Shown here: piece by piece, positions 1 to 9,467 of the stretch
How positions within the stretch are numbered: the stretch's first letter is position 1
How the letters are laid out: each line of letters begins with the position of its first letter
From: an archaeon
GTDB taxonomy: Archaea > B1Sed10-29 > WALL01
DNA length: 31,501 nucleotides
Reading direction: 5' to 3'
NCBI GenBank assembly: GCA_042584585.1
Contig: JBHOSQ010000013.1
Coordinates: forward strand, 1 to 31,501
Translations under genes and position numbers: made by a program
Notes under the pieces: generated by a model
The model's database searches: none
What the model was told of the DNA's origin: nothing
The model's input: the letters and a program-made list of their open reading frames with translations, nothing else

Positions 1-322
1 CGGACAAGGGCGCCTCCCGTGCCTTTGGTGCAGCCTTTTTGGGCGCTTCTTTCTTGGCGCCCTTGTCCGTTATCGCGATCTTGTTGCCGATTGCCTGGCC
101 GGGCATTCCGCGGTTGAAGCGTGCGCGCACTGCGCCACTGTTTCCGTGAACGTCCACTATCTTGCCGTGGATTTCCTTTTTCGCGGGAGACAGCCACAAA
201 ACACGCTTGCCGATTAGTTGGGCTGCCTTGGAGCGTGAGTCGAAGCCGTCGACTTCGACAATCATCTGGTTGCCCCGCATAGTTCGCCTTCCGCGGCGGT
301 AATTGGTAATGATTCCTTCCAT
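1..322 (-). CDS. rpl35ae: 50S ribosomal protein L35Ae, 3' end runs off the window
   Basis: Manual translation from ATG at 322: MEGIITNYRRGRRTMRGNQMIVEVDGFDSRSKAAQLIGKRVLW...GKIVDVHGNSGAVRARF, carrying the L35Ae HGNSGAVRARF signature. GGTGA lies upstream. Absent from the ORF track because there is no stop in the window. Confidence 0.93.
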   Translation of the reverse strand, partial: MEGIITNYRRGRRTMRGNQMIVEVDGFDSRSKAAQLIGKRVLWLSPAKKEIHGKIVDVHGNSGAVRARFNRGMPGQAIGNKIAITDKGAKKEAPKKAAPKAREAPLS

Positions 323-363
323 TGTAATCACCAGTAGAGAGGTAGGGATTATGCGTCAAAGGG

Positions 364-371
364 TTTATAAA
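364..371 (+). promoter_or_regulatory. TATA box (TTTATAAA) for rnhB, probably giving a leaderless mRNA
   Basis: Archaeal TATA consensus ending about 24 nt before ATG 395. The box is palindromic, so it may also serve the divergent L35Ae gene. Confidence 0.6.
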
Positions 372-394
372 GCTTTATTGCCTAATCCCGGAAT

Positions 395-1066
395 ATGCTT
401 GTGCTGGGCATTGACGAGGCAGGGCGGGGCCCTGTGTTCGGGCCAATGACGCTTGGAGGCGTCGTGGACACCGAAAAGTCCGAGGTTTCTTATCGCGAGA
501 TGGGGTGCAAGGACTCGAAACTGCTTTCTCCGGCACGCCGGGAAGAATTGGCCGAGACAATCCGCAAGACGGCCAAGGAAATCGCGGTTATAGAGATTTC
601 TGCGCACGAGATTGACTCGATGAGAAAAGTTATGTCCCTCAACGAGGTCGAGGCCAAGAAAATCGCGGAAATGGTTCTTTCTTTGAAGGAAAAGCCCGAC
701 AAAATCATTATTGACTGCCCCGACACCGAGCCCACGCGGTTCATCCAGCGGCTGCGGAAGTACTTGGGGCCGGACTTCAACGCAATCGCGGAGCACAAGG
801 CGGACGTTACGTACCCCATTTGTTCTGCGGCGTCGATAGTCGCGAAGGTCGCTCGGGACGAGTGGGTCAAAAAAACACGGGCCAAGTACGGCGAAATCGG
901 GAGTGGCTATCCGGCTGACCCCGTGACAAAAGAGTTTTTGAAGAATTATTTTGAGGAGCACGGCAAATTGCCACCATTCGCGCGCAAGTCATGGGACACT
1001 AGCAAGCGCATGGAAGAAGAAAAGCTGCAGGCCACACTAGGCGAGTTCAATGAAAGTGCGGATTGA
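395..1066 (+). CDS. rnhB: Ribonuclease HII
   Basis: GIDEAGRGP, KDSK, SAASIVAKVARD and GSGYPAD motifs; C-terminal PIP-box-like QATLGEF. Confidence 0.97.
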   Translation: MLVLGIDEAGRGPVFGPMTLGGVVDTEKSEVSYREMGCKDSKLLSPARREELAETIRKTAKEIAVIEISAHEIDSMRKVMSLNEVEAKKIAEMVLSLKEKPDKIIIDCPDTEPTRFIQRLRKYLGPDFNAIAEHKADVTYPICSAASIVAKVARDEWVKKTRAKYGEIGSGYPADPVTKEFLKNYFEEHGKLPPFARKSWDTSKRMEEEKLQATLGEFNESAD

Positions 1067-2012
1067 AGAAGTGCGGGAGCTGCTTGTCAAGAAGCTGGCT
1101 GCGAAAGGGCTGTCGCCCGAAGACTCCGGGATTATTGCCGACGAGTTCATGGACGGTGAGCTGCGCGGCAGGAACGAAAGCTGCCACGGGCTAATGGCTT
1201 TTCCCGTTGAAATCAAGCACATTGACTCCAAGGGGCCAATCAAAGTAGAGCGCGAGGGGCCGTCGTATGCACTCGTGAACGGCAACGGAAACCCCGGCCA
1301 GTTGGTGGGAAAGTTCGCGATGGAGCTTGCCATCAAAAAAGCGAGGGAGACCGGCGTCGCCATGGTGGGGTCGTACAACCACCCCCCGTACTTGATGCCC
1401 GGCTACCAAACCCGCTACGCAGTGAAAGAGGGGATGATTGGCATGGTGACTACCGTGGCGAACGCATCCACCGCCCCGTTCGGTGGAATAGACCCGGTCT
1501 ACGGCACGAACCCGATTGCTATTGGGATTCCATCGAAGAAAGAGCCCATTGTCCTGGACATGGCGACCACGGTGCGCGCCAAGGGAGTCACGAGGCACGC
1601 CAAGCGGTACGGAAAAGAAATCCCGGGGGGATGCGCCATCGACAAGGACGGGAAGCCGACGTGTATTCCAGACGAAGTCAACGCCATGCTTCCGTTCGGG
1701 GGGTACAAGGGGTACGGCCTCGGGTTCGCAATCGAGGCGCTTGTGGGGCCATTGGTGAAGGCAAAGGTCGGCACTGAAACGGGGCGGGGATTCCTGTTCC
1801 AGGTGATTGACCCGGAGGCATTCGCGGGCCGCGACGAGTTCGAGGAAAAAGTCAGCAGGCTCGTCAAGGAAGTCAAGGGCTCACGCAAGGCAGAGGGCGT
1901 GGACGAAATATTCGTGCCCGGCGAGCAGAGCGAAAGGACCAAGCAGGAAACCCTCAAAAGCGGCTTTATCGAGGTAGACGAAAAGCTGTGGGAAGAGCTG
2001 AACAGCCTTTAA
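1050..2012 (+). CDS. Ldh_2 family oxidoreductase (malate/L-lactate/sulfolactate dehydrogenase-like)
   Basis: GTNPIAIGIP, LDMATT, PFGGYKGYGL and VPGE motifs. Confidence 0.9.
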   Translation: MKVRIEEVRELLVKKLAAKGLSPEDSGIIADEFMDGELRGRNESCHGLMAFPVEIKHIDSKGPIKVEREGPSYALVNGNGNPGQLVGKFAMELAIKKARETGVAMVGSYNHPPYLMPGYQTRYAVKEGMIGMVTTVANASTAPFGGIDPVYGTNPIAIGIPSKKEPIVLDMATTVRAKGVTRHAKRYGKEIPGGCAIDKDGKPTCIPDEVNAMLPFGGYKGYGLGFAIEALVGPLVKAKVGTETGRGFLFQVIDPEAFAGRDEFEEKVSRLVKEVKGSRKAEGVDEIFVPGEQSERTKQETLKSGFIEVDEKLWEELNSL

Positions 2013-2066
2013 TGTTTATAAAGGTGTTCGCCCCCTAACTCAAATCGCTTACGAGGTGAATTTCTA

Positions 2067-4073
2067 ATGATTTATTTGGCAATATTAGCGGGACTAATAG
2101 CGCTCGGCGCGGCCTACTACTATTCACAGGAAGTACTCAAGAGGCCTGTGAAGAAGAAGAGGGTGGCCGAGCTCTCAGAAATGATTCGAGAGGGCGCAAT
2201 GGCGTACCTCAAGAGGCAGTACATAACCATTGCCGTGTTCGTCGTGGCAATCACTGCACTATTATACTACTTTATCAGCCCATACACGGCTGGCGCGTTT
2301 GTATTTGGCGCCTTGCTGTCCGGGCTGGCCGGCTTCCTCGGCATGTACATGGCGACAAGCTCTAACGCGCGCACTGTCGAGGCAGCCCAAAAAAGCCTGG
2401 GCGAAGGCCTTAAGGTCGCGTTCTCGAGCGGAGCGGTCATGGGGATGTCCGTTGTCGGGTTCGGCATAATCGGGCTCTCGGCCACTTACCTCGCGCTTAG
2501 CACGGTGTTCCCGGGGAACTTCGCGAAAATCGCTGAGCTGATTGTCGGCTTCGGGTTCGGAGCTTCTTCGATTGCGCTGTTCGCGCGCGTCGGCGGAGGC
2601 ATCTACACCAAAGCAGCCGATGTTGGCGCCGATTTGGTGGGCAAGATTGAAGCCGGAATCCCGGAAGACGACCCCCGCAACCCCGCGGTCATCGCAGACA
2701 ACGTTGGCGACAACGTGGGCGACGTCGCCGGAATGGGCGCTGACCTGTTCGAGTCATACGTCGGGGCAATGATTGCCGCGGCGGCGCTCGGTGTCTCACG
2801 GTTCGGAGTCCTCGGGTTTGAGATTCCGCTCGCGATTGCCGCGGCCGGAATAATCGCGTCCGTCATAGCAACGAAGTTCGTTAAGCTCAAGGGACGGGGG
2901 ATGGAGTCACTGCTCAACGCATTAAGGCGCGGCACCATTGCCGCGGCATTGCTCATGCTTGTGTTCGTTTACATTGCGCTGTACTTCATTGCGCCGGGCA
3001 TGTCCGTCCAACTGTTCGTGCCGGTGCTCATGGGTATCCTCGCGGGCACTGCAATCGGGTTCGGCACAGAGCACTACACTTCTGACCAGTACGCCAAGAC
3101 ACGCGAAATCGCGCAGGCGTCGGTCACAGGCGCAGCAACCACAATCATTTCCGGCCTCGCGGTCGGGATGATTTCGACCGTGATTCCCGTCATCGCGATT
3201 TCAATCGCGGTGCTTGCGTCGTACTACTTCGCGGGCCTGTTCGGAATCGCGATAGCGGCCATTGGAATGCTGTCGACGCTTGGAATTACGTTGGCTACGG
3301 ACGCATACGGCCCCGTTGCAGACAACGCGGGCGGCATCGCGGAAATGGCGAATATGCCGGCGAAGGTGCGCAAGAGAACCGACCTGTTGGACTCAATGGG
3401 CAACACTACTGCCGCAACAGGAAAGGGCTTCGCAATCGGGAGCGCGGCACTGACCACGCTTGCGTTGATTGCGGCGTACATGGGCGCGGCGGGCTTGACT
3501 CCGGTCATGATAAGCCTGGCTAACCCCATCGTGCTCGTCGGTGTGTTCATCGGCGGCTCGCTGCCGTTCCTGTTCTCCGCGCTAACCATGCTTGGGGTCA
3601 GCAACGCAGCCAAGGACATGATTGACGAGGTCCGCAGGCAGTTCAAGGACAAGGGCATACTCGCAGGGACTGTTCGGCCTGACTACCGCAAGTGTGTCGA
3701 CATAAGCACGAAGGCAGCACAGAGGGAAATGATTGTTCCTGCGGTGCTCGCAGTTGTGTCTCCTGTCGCGTTCGGGTTCATCTTTGGACCGGCCGCGTTG
3801 GCTGGACTATTGGTGGGCGCAACCGCAACCGGGTTCCTATTGGCCGTGCAGATGGCCAACTCCGGAGGCGCGTGGGACAACGCCAAGAAGATGATTGAGG
3901 GTGGAGCGTTCGGAGGCAAGGGAAGCCCCGCGCACCAGGCCGCGATTATTGGCGACACAGTTGGCGACCCGTTCAAGGACACTTCGGGCCCGTCGCTGAA
4001 CATCTTGCTGAAGCTCATGTCGATTGTATCGCTTGTGTTTGCGCCGCTCATCGCGACGTACGCACTGCTTTAG
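2067..4073 (+). CDS. hppA: Membrane-bound pyrophosphatase, K+-dependent, probably Na+-translocating
   Basis: [35 protein letters not shown] and [10 protein letters not shown] motifs. GNTTAA indicates the K+-dependent type; DLFESY places the gate Glu as in Na+-PPases. TTTATAAA at 2015 and GAGGTGA upstream. Confidence 0.96.
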   Translation: MIYLAILAGLIALGAAYYYSQEVLKRPVKKKRVAELSEMIREGAMAYLKRQYITIAVFVVAITALLYYFISPYTAGAFVFGALLSGLAGFLGMYMATSSNARTVEAAQKSLGEGLKVAFSSGAVMGMSVVGFGIIGLSATYLALSTVFPGNFAKIAELIVGFGFGASSIALFARVGGGIYTKAADVGADLVGKIEAGIPEDDPRNPAVIADNVGDNVGDVAGMGADLFESYVGAMIAAAALGVSRFGVLGFEIPLAIAAAGIIASVIATKFVKLKGRGMESLLNALRRGTIAAALLMLVFVYIALYFIAPGMSVQLFVPVLMGILAGTAIGFGTEHYTSDQYAKTREIAQASVTGAATTIISGLAVGMISTVIPVIAISIAVLASYYFAGLFGIAIAAIGMLSTLGITLATDAYGPVADNAGGIAEMANMPAKVRKRTDLLDSMGNTTAATGKGFAIGSAALTTLALIAAYMGAAGLTPVMISLANPIVLVGVFIGGSLPFLFSALTMLGVSNAAKDMIDEVRRQFKDKGILAGTVRPDYRKCVDISTKAAQREMIVPAVLAVVSPVAFGFIFGPAALAGLLVGATATGFLLAVQMANSGGAWDNAKKMIEGGAFGGKGSPAHQAAIIGDTVGDPFKDTSGPSLNILLKLMSIVSLVFAPLIATYALL

Positions 4074-4363
4074 CGGGAAACCCAGTCCGAGTACTCCTTG
4101 CTTGCATCGGCCTCGAACCAGGTCCATTGCGGCAGGGAGTACTTGTGCATTTCTTTTACTCTTTTTTCCAGCGAGGCTAGCTTTTCTTTTGTTGTCTTAA
4201 GGACCAATTTGTATTCTATCTCGTCCTTCATTACGCCTTCCCACTTGTAGATTGTATTGACCGGAGTGACTTCTGCGCACGCCGCCAGGCCTTCCTCTAT
4301 GGCAGTCTTTGCCACGAGCTTGGCGTCGCGGTCAGTCGAAAAAGTAGTGGTTGCGATTATCAA
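4070..4363 (-). CDS. cutA: Divalent-cation tolerance protein CutA
   Basis: LAACA, YKWEG, LKTT and HKYSLP motifs; TTG start with GGTGA upstream. Confidence 0.92.
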   Translation of the reverse strand: MIIATTTFSTDRDAKLVAKTAIEEGLAACAEVTPVNTIYKWEGVMKDEIEYKLVLKTTKEKLASLEKRVKEMHKYSLPQWTWFEADASKEYSDWVSR

Positions 4364-4368
4364 TTAAA

Positions 4369-4806
4369 TCACCCGAACATGGCAAATGGGTTGAACGACG
4401 AGTCGGTCTCCTGCCCGTCGGCCATGGTGCTGCGCTCGTGCTGGAGCTCGTGCGGCTTGTAGAAGTAGCGGATGATTTCCTTTGCCGCCTCACGGGCATA
4501 GTCCTCGGTCTTCTTGTCCTGCGGCACGATGACGCGGAAAATGTTTTTCTTTAGCGTGAACTGGGCGTTGAGCACGCTGTTCTCGAAGGCGTGGGAAAGC
4601 TTTTCCCCGTCCTCGAGCGCGTAGCCAATCACCACGAAGTCGCACGACACGTCCTCGATGAGGCGCTTCGCGCCCAGCGCGGCGTCATCGATTGTGGGCA
4701 CAAGCTCGCGCTTGATTTCCAGCGTGGAGACTTCTTTCTCGAACTCTGACTCAAGGAAATTGTTTACTTCCTCGGCCCCTAGGACTTCGACTATTCCGGC
4801 GCGCAT
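4369..4806 (-). CDS. Divergent archaeal riboflavin synthase / lumazine-synthase-fold protein
   Basis: By-eye resemblance to archaeal RibC: VPTIDDAALGAKRLIEDVSCDFVV, AQF, IFRVIVPQD, YFYKPHEL. The N-terminal DTTFAR motif is missing. Confidence 0.6.
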   Translation of the reverse strand: MRAGIVEVLGAEEVNNFLESEFEKEVSTLEIKRELVPTIDDAALGAKRLIEDVSCDFVVIGYALEDGEKLSHAFENSVLNAQFTLKKNIFRVIVPQDKKTEDYAREAAKEIIRYFYKPHELQHERSTMADGQETDSSFNPFAMFG

Positions 4807-4845
4807 GATGCAGAGAACACAGCAGTGGAATAAAAAGGTTTGCGC

Positions 4846-5760
4846 CTAGAGCCGGTGCAGCTCAAGGTGGATGGTTTTCTGGTTTTTGCCGGATAGGGTG
4901 ATGCCATCTGAATACTCTTTGCTGGTTGTAGAGAACTTGCCTTTCGAGTGCTCCTTGAACTTGTCGTGGTCGAACACTGGTTTGTGCGCATCAAGGACGT
5001 CCTGGACGTGGAGCGTGGCCCCGGGCTTCATGACGCGGTGCACCTCCGCCACGGCCGCGCCGAGCTGGTCGACTTCAACGTGGTGGAACACCCGGTCCGC
5101 GTGCACATGGTCGAAAGTCTCTTTCTCGAACGGCATGTCCACTAGGTCTGACTTGATTATCTCGACGCCCTCGACATTGTTCATTTCCTTGAACCGGTTC
5201 AGGACGCTGCACACAAGCGGGTCGTTGTCGAGCAGGTAGAGCTTGATGCCGGAATCCTTTTTTTCCTGCAGCTGCTTCATGAGCTCGATGCCGCTGAGGC
5301 CCACGCCGACGTGGAGCGCACTGGCATTTTCCTCGGGGTAGTCGTGAAGGTGCACGTCTACTGTGGGGGACTGGTGGCCTGAAAAGTACGCGGCGTAAAA
5401 GTCAAGGGCCTCTGGCGCCAAGGCTTTTTCCAACCTAACGACGGCTTTGCGGCCGCGCTTGATAATCTTGGACCCTTCTTCCTGCTCTTTCCCCCCAATC
5501 TCCAGCCTCTCGTCCGGCTCTATTCCCCTCTTGGCCAATTCCGTGAGGGAGTACGTCTTCTTCTTGGGCAGCTTCTGGGCAAGTAACTGGAGGGCTCCCC
5601 CCTCTTCACTGCGCTCTTTCGGGCGATAGGGCATGTGTGGGAAGAAAACGTTTTCGATTATGGTTATGATGCTGGACTCCGGGAGCTTGCGCAGGGACTC
5701 GTCACTGGTCTCACTGACCAGCTTGTCCAAGAGATTTTCCTTCGCCTCCAAAAAGTCCAT
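4846..5760 (-). CDS. Class I SAM-dependent methyltransferase with long N-terminal extension
   Basis: LHVGVG (motif I variant), DLVDMPFEKETFDHV, EVHRVMKPGATL. Confidence 0.8.
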   Translation of the reverse strand: MDFLEAKENLLDKLVSETSDESLRKLPESSIITIIENVFFPHMPYRPKERSEEGGALQLLAQKLPKKKTYSLTELAKRGIEPDERLEIGGKEQEEGSKIIKRGRKAVVRLEKALAPEALDFYAAYFSGHQSPTVDVHLHDYPEENASALHVGVGLSGIELMKQLQEKKDSGIKLYLLDNDPLVCSVLNRFKEMNNVEGVEIIKSDLVDMPFEKETFDHVHADRVFHHVEVDQLGAAVAEVHRVMKPGATLHVQDVLDAHKPVFDHDKFKEHSKGKFSTTSKEYSDGITLSGKNQKTIHLELHRL

Positions 5761-5790
5761 GGTAAGATTATTACACTACCAGTATAAAAA

Positions 5791-6939
5791 TCACTTGGGC
5801 AGCTTTCCGGACAGGAACGGCGAGAGCAGCACTGGCGTCAGGAACACGCTCACGAAAATCAGTATCAAGAACGAGCTGAACACGCTTGCGGAAAGCACGC
5901 CGATGCTCGTGCCGAGCACCAGGATTACCATGGCTACTTCTCCGCGGGGAATCATGCCAATCCCAAGGGCGATGGACTCGCGGTTCGTCAGGCCCGAGAG
6001 CATGCCGGCCCCGTAGCACGCGATTGCCTTGGACGCGAGCGCGACCGCGACGAGCGCGAGGGTGAACCCGCTCAAGGCAGTGGAGTCGATTACGATTTGT
6101 AGGCCGACCCACGCAAAGAACAGTGGCACGAAAAAGCCTTCGGAGACCACGTCCAGCTTGCTGCTGAAGTTTTTGGTGCCGAGCGAGCTGCGGGACAGTA
6201 TGACCCCCGCGAGGAACGCGCCTAGCACTGTGGAGAGGCCGAGCTTGTCCGCGAGGAACGCGAGCAGGATGACCAGGACTATGGTGATTGAGAACTGTGC
6301 CTCTTCCGCCTCGAACCGTTTCGAGATTGTTACTAGGCGGGGGAACAGCCAGCCCGACGCCAGGAAGATTGCCGCGAACGCGCCCATGCCGAACAAAATG
6401 CTGCTGAGGTCGGCTAGTGAGGGGAGGCCGCCGGTGAGTGCCATCGAGACCACGAACGCCAGTAGGAACAGGCCGACCACGTCGTCGACGACCGATGCAC
6501 CGAGTATTGTGCGGCCGACGCGGGTGTTGAGCTTGCCTTTGTCAATGAACGCGCCGAGGGAAATGGTTATGGATGTGGCTGCGAGGGCAGTGCCGATGAA
6601 CAAAGAGGCTCCAAAGTCAAATCCAAAGTATTGGGCGAGGAAGTAGCCGGCTATCAGGGGTATGATGGAGCCGAACAGGCCGACCAGTACCGCCGACTTT
6701 TTGTTGCGGAGCATTTGCTTTAGGTCGACTTCTTCGAAGCCCGCGACGAACAGGAGGAGGATTAGCCCGACTTGGCCGAACGCTGCGATGTTGGCTATGT
6801 CAACCAGGCCCAGGATGGGCCCAAGGACGAACCCTGCGAGGATGGCGCCGAGCAGCTCCGGCATTTCGATGCGCTCGAAGACTTCGCCGAACAGTTTTGC
6901 GAGTATGAGGACTATTGCGAGGTCGAGGAGGAATTCCAT
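5791..6939 (-). CDS. Cation:proton antiporter (CPA2, Kef/NapA type)
   Basis: Highly hydrophobic; ATSITIS, VVDDVVG, LGAFLAG, FFVPLFF and GMIPRGEV motifs. Confidence 0.93.
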   Translation of the reverse strand: MEFLLDLAIVLILAKLFGEVFERIEMPELLGAILAGFVLGPILGLVDIANIAAFGQVGLILLLFVAGFEEVDLKQMLRNKKSAVLVGLFGSIIPLIAGYFLAQYFGFDFGASLFIGTALAATSITISLGAFIDKGKLNTRVGRTILGASVVDDVVGLFLLAFVVSMALTGGLPSLADLSSILFGMGAFAAIFLASGWLFPRLVTISKRFEAEEAQFSITIVLVILLAFLADKLGLSTVLGAFLAGVILSRSSLGTKNFSSKLDVVSEGFFVPLFFAWVGLQIVIDSTALSGFTLALVAVALASKAIACYGAGMLSGLTNRESIALGIGMIPRGEVAMVILVLGTSIGVLSASVFSSFLILIFVSVFLTPVLLSPFLSGKLPK

Positions 6940-6940
6940 G

Positions 6941-7363
6941 TTATTTCACCATCCTGTTGACGATGTCTTGGCGGGCGATGACTCCTACGACTTTGTTGTT
7001 TTCGACGACTGAGACGAGGGCGTTTCCAGAGTTGAGCATCAAGAGGGCTGCGTCGGACACCGGTGCCTCGGGGGCGATGATGTCCTCGTGCTCGCTCATC
7101 AAGTCGCTTACTTTTTCGGCGAAGAACGCGAGGCCGGAGCGGGCTACTTTGGCTTCGGATACTTTGGTCGGGTCGACCGCGAGCTTCAGCAAGTCGCTTT
7201 CGTGGAGCTCGCCCACGAACTGGCTTTTGCTGAACACTGGGATTGCGCTTAGGATGGTTCCGGAAAAGACTTTGACGGCCTTGGCGATGGAGTCGCCCGG
7301 CTTAAGGGTCGGGAACTTTTTGCGCATGTGCTTCTTGACTGGGTCGCGGCCAATCTTCTTCAT
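6941..7363 (-). CDS. CBS-domain pair protein
   Basis: Two CBS repeats (IPVFSKSQFVGEL; VVENNKVVGVIARQDI). Ends 1 nt before the antiporter start, so probably co-transcribed. Confidence 0.88.
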   Translation of the reverse strand: MKKIGRDPVKKHMRKKFPTLKPGDSIAKAVKVFSGTILSAIPVFSKSQFVGELHESDLLKLAVDPTKVSEAKVARSGLAFFAEKVSDLMSEHEDIIAPEAPVSDAALLMLNSGNALVSVVENNKVVGVIARQDIVNRMVK

Positions 7364-7416
7364 AAGGCAAAGAACACGGGTTGGGAATAAAAAGGTTTAC
7401 GTGCAGAATAGTGGGT

Positions 7417-8025
7417 ATGGCCGTCTTGATTAACCGCAAGATTTGTGATAATTCTAAGGACTGCCCTGGCATTGGGATTTGCCCGACGCACGCGCTTTTC
7501 TGGGACGACGAAAACAGCCAAATCGGGATGGATGACACCAAGTGCACGAGCTGCAAGCTGTGCGAAGACAAATGCCCGGTTGGCGCGATTCGCGTTGCTG
7601 GCAGTGACGAAGAGTACGCCAAAATCAAGAAAGAAATCGATGACGACCCCCGGAAGGTCTCGGACTTGTTCGTGGACAGGTACGGCGCGGAGACGGTTGA
7701 CCACGCGTTCGAGATTGTGAAAGAGCGGTTCGGCGTGCAGATTCTTGAGGCCACGCAGCTGGCAGCGGTCGAGTTCTATTCGCCGGAGACAATTAAGTGC
7801 CTACTCAAGAGCATTCCAATCAAGCAGTTGTTCGGGGAGCTGGCTGTGAAGTACCGGAAGATAGAGGTTGCCCCGGGCTCGGAATTGCTAAGGAAGTATG
7901 GCGTCAGTGAATTGCCGTGCCTAGCGTTTTTCGAGAACGGCGAGCTCAAGGGGAAGATTGAGGGATACTACAACGTGGCCAAGAAAAAAGAATTGCTCGA
8001 GAAGGTAAACGCGATTATTTCGTGA
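7417..8025 (+). CDS. 4Fe-4S dicluster ferredoxin domain fused to a thioredoxin-like domain
   Basis: CDNSKDCPGIGICP and CTSCKLCEDKCPVGAI; C-terminal YGVSELPCLAFFENGE is thioredoxin-like. ATG 7417 preferred over the ORF-track TTG. Confidence 0.82.
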   Translation: MAVLINRKICDNSKDCPGIGICPTHALFWDDENSQIGMDDTKCTSCKLCEDKCPVGAIRVAGSDEEYAKIKKEIDDDPRKVSDLFVDRYGAETVDHAFEIVKERFGVQILEATQLAAVEFYSPETIKCLLKSIPIKQLFGELAVKYRKIEVAPGSELLRKYGVSELPCLAFFENGELKGKIEGYYNVAKKKELLEKVNAIIS

Positions 8026-8395
8026 CTTCTTCTACTTCGAGGTCGATGTAGTCCCCGTCCTTTAGCCCGAACTTGGTGCGGAGGCAGTACGGGGAAATGA
8101 CTTCGACTACTTTGCTTCCGTGGTGGGTTAGCTCAGGAACGACGGCGGTGACGCGGGTGTTCAGCATGACCGCGGGATACATCCACACGGCCCCATGGCT
8201 TTTGCCGTCCTCGGTCCACGAAGAAATGAAGTGCGAGCGCGTTGGGAAGCTCGGCGCCTCAGGTAACTCAAGGTTCAGCGTGCCGGGAAACGGGTCGTAC
8301 CCCAGTTTTGCCTTCATTTTGGCGGCGTACATGCTAATGAAATACGCTCCAGTCTTGTCGCCAGAAACCACCCTTCCTTTAAGTAAAAGTGACAT
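8015..8395 (-). CDS. ribK: CTP-dependent riboflavin kinase (no HTH domain)
   Basis: GRVVSG, LGYDPFPGTLN and EVISPYCLRTKFGLKDGD motifs. Confidence 0.92.
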   Translation of the reverse strand: MSLLLKGRVVSGDKTGAYFISMYAAKMKAKLGYDPFPGTLNLELPEAPSFPTRSHFISSWTEDGKSHGAVWMYPAVMLNTRVTAVVPELTHHGSKVVEVISPYCLRTKFGLKDGDYIDLEVEEVTK

Positions 8396-8431
8396 TATAG
8401 GCACCTCGCGGGCATAATTCTAGAGTTAAAG

Positions 8432-8439
8432 TTTAAATA
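8432..8439 (+). promoter_or_regulatory. TATA box (TTTAAATA) of the tRNA-Ala transcript
   Basis: Consensus archaeal box preceded by a purine-rich BRE-like sequence, about 90 nt upstream of the tRNA. Confidence 0.6.
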
Positions 8440-8529
8440 GTTATGTCTATAGAATAGAGCCCAAGCCGCCGTTGGCGCAAGTCAACGGCAGGTGAACCAG
8501 CACCGACCACAGTCGGTGTCAATGACAAA

Positions 8530-8602
8530 GGGCTTGTAGCTCAGTCGGAAGAGCGCAACGTTCGCAACGTTGAGGTCGAGGGTTCAAATCCCTCCAAGTC
8601 CA
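8530..8602 (+). tRNA. tRNA-Ala(CGC)
   Basis: Acceptor GGGCTTG/CAAGTCC with G3:U70; anticodon arm CAACG-TTCGCAA-CGTTG; T arm GGTTCAAATCC; CCA not encoded. Confidence 0.96.
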
Positions 8603-8605
8603 CTA

Positions 8606-8680
8606 CAACCCTTTTTCTGTAGACTTTGACGTTGACCAAAGTCAACGTCGGGGGCCCAGGAAAAGCGTTGATGGAAAAGC
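8606..8680 (+). repeat. Structured repeat family 1, copy A
   Basis: CAACCCTTTTTCTGTAGACTTT-GACGTTGAC-CAAA-GTCAACGTC-GGGGGCCCAGGAAAAGCGTTGATGGAAAAGC; near-identical to the reverse complement of 14070-14141. Confidence 0.9.
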
Positions 8681-9397
8681 TTACTTCTTTTTTTCTCTCT
8701 TGAAGACAACAGTCTTGGACGGGCTCCAGCCGTGTGGCATGGCGCGCCCCGGGAACAAGTGGCCCGGCTCCACCTTGTAGTTTCGCCCGAACTCGTGCAG
8801 CTCGCCGTAAAGCTCTCCCGCGCAGCCGTGCAGGGGCAGCGGCTTCTTGGAAAATATGAAGTGGACCTTGAACTTGCTCATCTTCCCAATGTACATGCGG
8901 ACTTCGCTCTCGCTCAAGTCGTCGTAATTCCTTAGGTGCGCGATTTCGCCGTGGAGCCGCACTTTTCTGACGCCGAGCTTGTCAAGCTTCTGCGCGAGCT
9001 TCTGCGACCCCCCTTGCTTCGGGTCTCCGTAGCCCTCCACCGTTGGGACGAAAATGATTTTGGCTTTTGGGTTCAGGCTGCTGACCCACTTTTTTGTTTG
9101 TTTCATCCTCGACTTTTCGACGAGGACAAACTTTGGGGCCTTGTTCTTCAGCACTTTCTTTAGATTGGCAACGTATCGCATGTATTCCTTTTTCGATGCG
9201 TACTTGCCCTCGACCAGAATGTCGAGAGTGCTCATGCCCTCATAGGGCGTGCCTTTTGCGTCCTGGCCGAACAAGGTCGTGCAAAAGCGGGGGTGGACAA
9301 TGACATCAACTGTCCCGCGCGACTTGGCTATCTCTTCCTTCAATCCGCTCTCAAAGGCGGGAACGAGGAGGCTGTAGGACTTTAGCCCAAAAACCAT
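8681..9397 (-). CDS. Hypothetical protein, possible cysteine-hydrolase (isochorismatase)-like fold
   Basis: Long Lys-rich ORF with VIVHP, LDKLGVRKVRLHGE and HGCA; TATA-like CATAAATA about 24 nt upstream of ATG 9397. Confidence 0.6.
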   Translation of the reverse strand: MVFGLKSYSLLVPAFESGLKEEIAKSRGTVDVIVHPRFCTTLFGQDAKGTPYEGMSTLDILVEGKYASKKEYMRYVANLKKVLKNKAPKFVLVEKSRMKQTKKWVSSLNPKAKIIFVPTVEGYGDPKQGGSQKLAQKLDKLGVRKVRLHGEIAHLRNYDDLSESEVRMYIGKMSKFKVHFIFSKKPLPLHGCAGELYGELHEFGRNYKVEPGHLFPGRAMPHGWSPSKTVVFKREKKK

Positions 9398-9467
9398 TGC
9401 ATACACTTCTGTTTTTGTAGTATTTATGCGCCGCCTTTTTTAAGGGAGGAAAGGCAGAATTCAACCA

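Noticed and set aside
1-69. Perfect 14-bp inverted repeat (1-14 vs 56-69) in the L35Ae 3' region
   Set aside because: It begins exactly at base 1; if this is a contig end, a fold-back or chimeric assembly artefact is the simplest explanation. Needs reads to assess.
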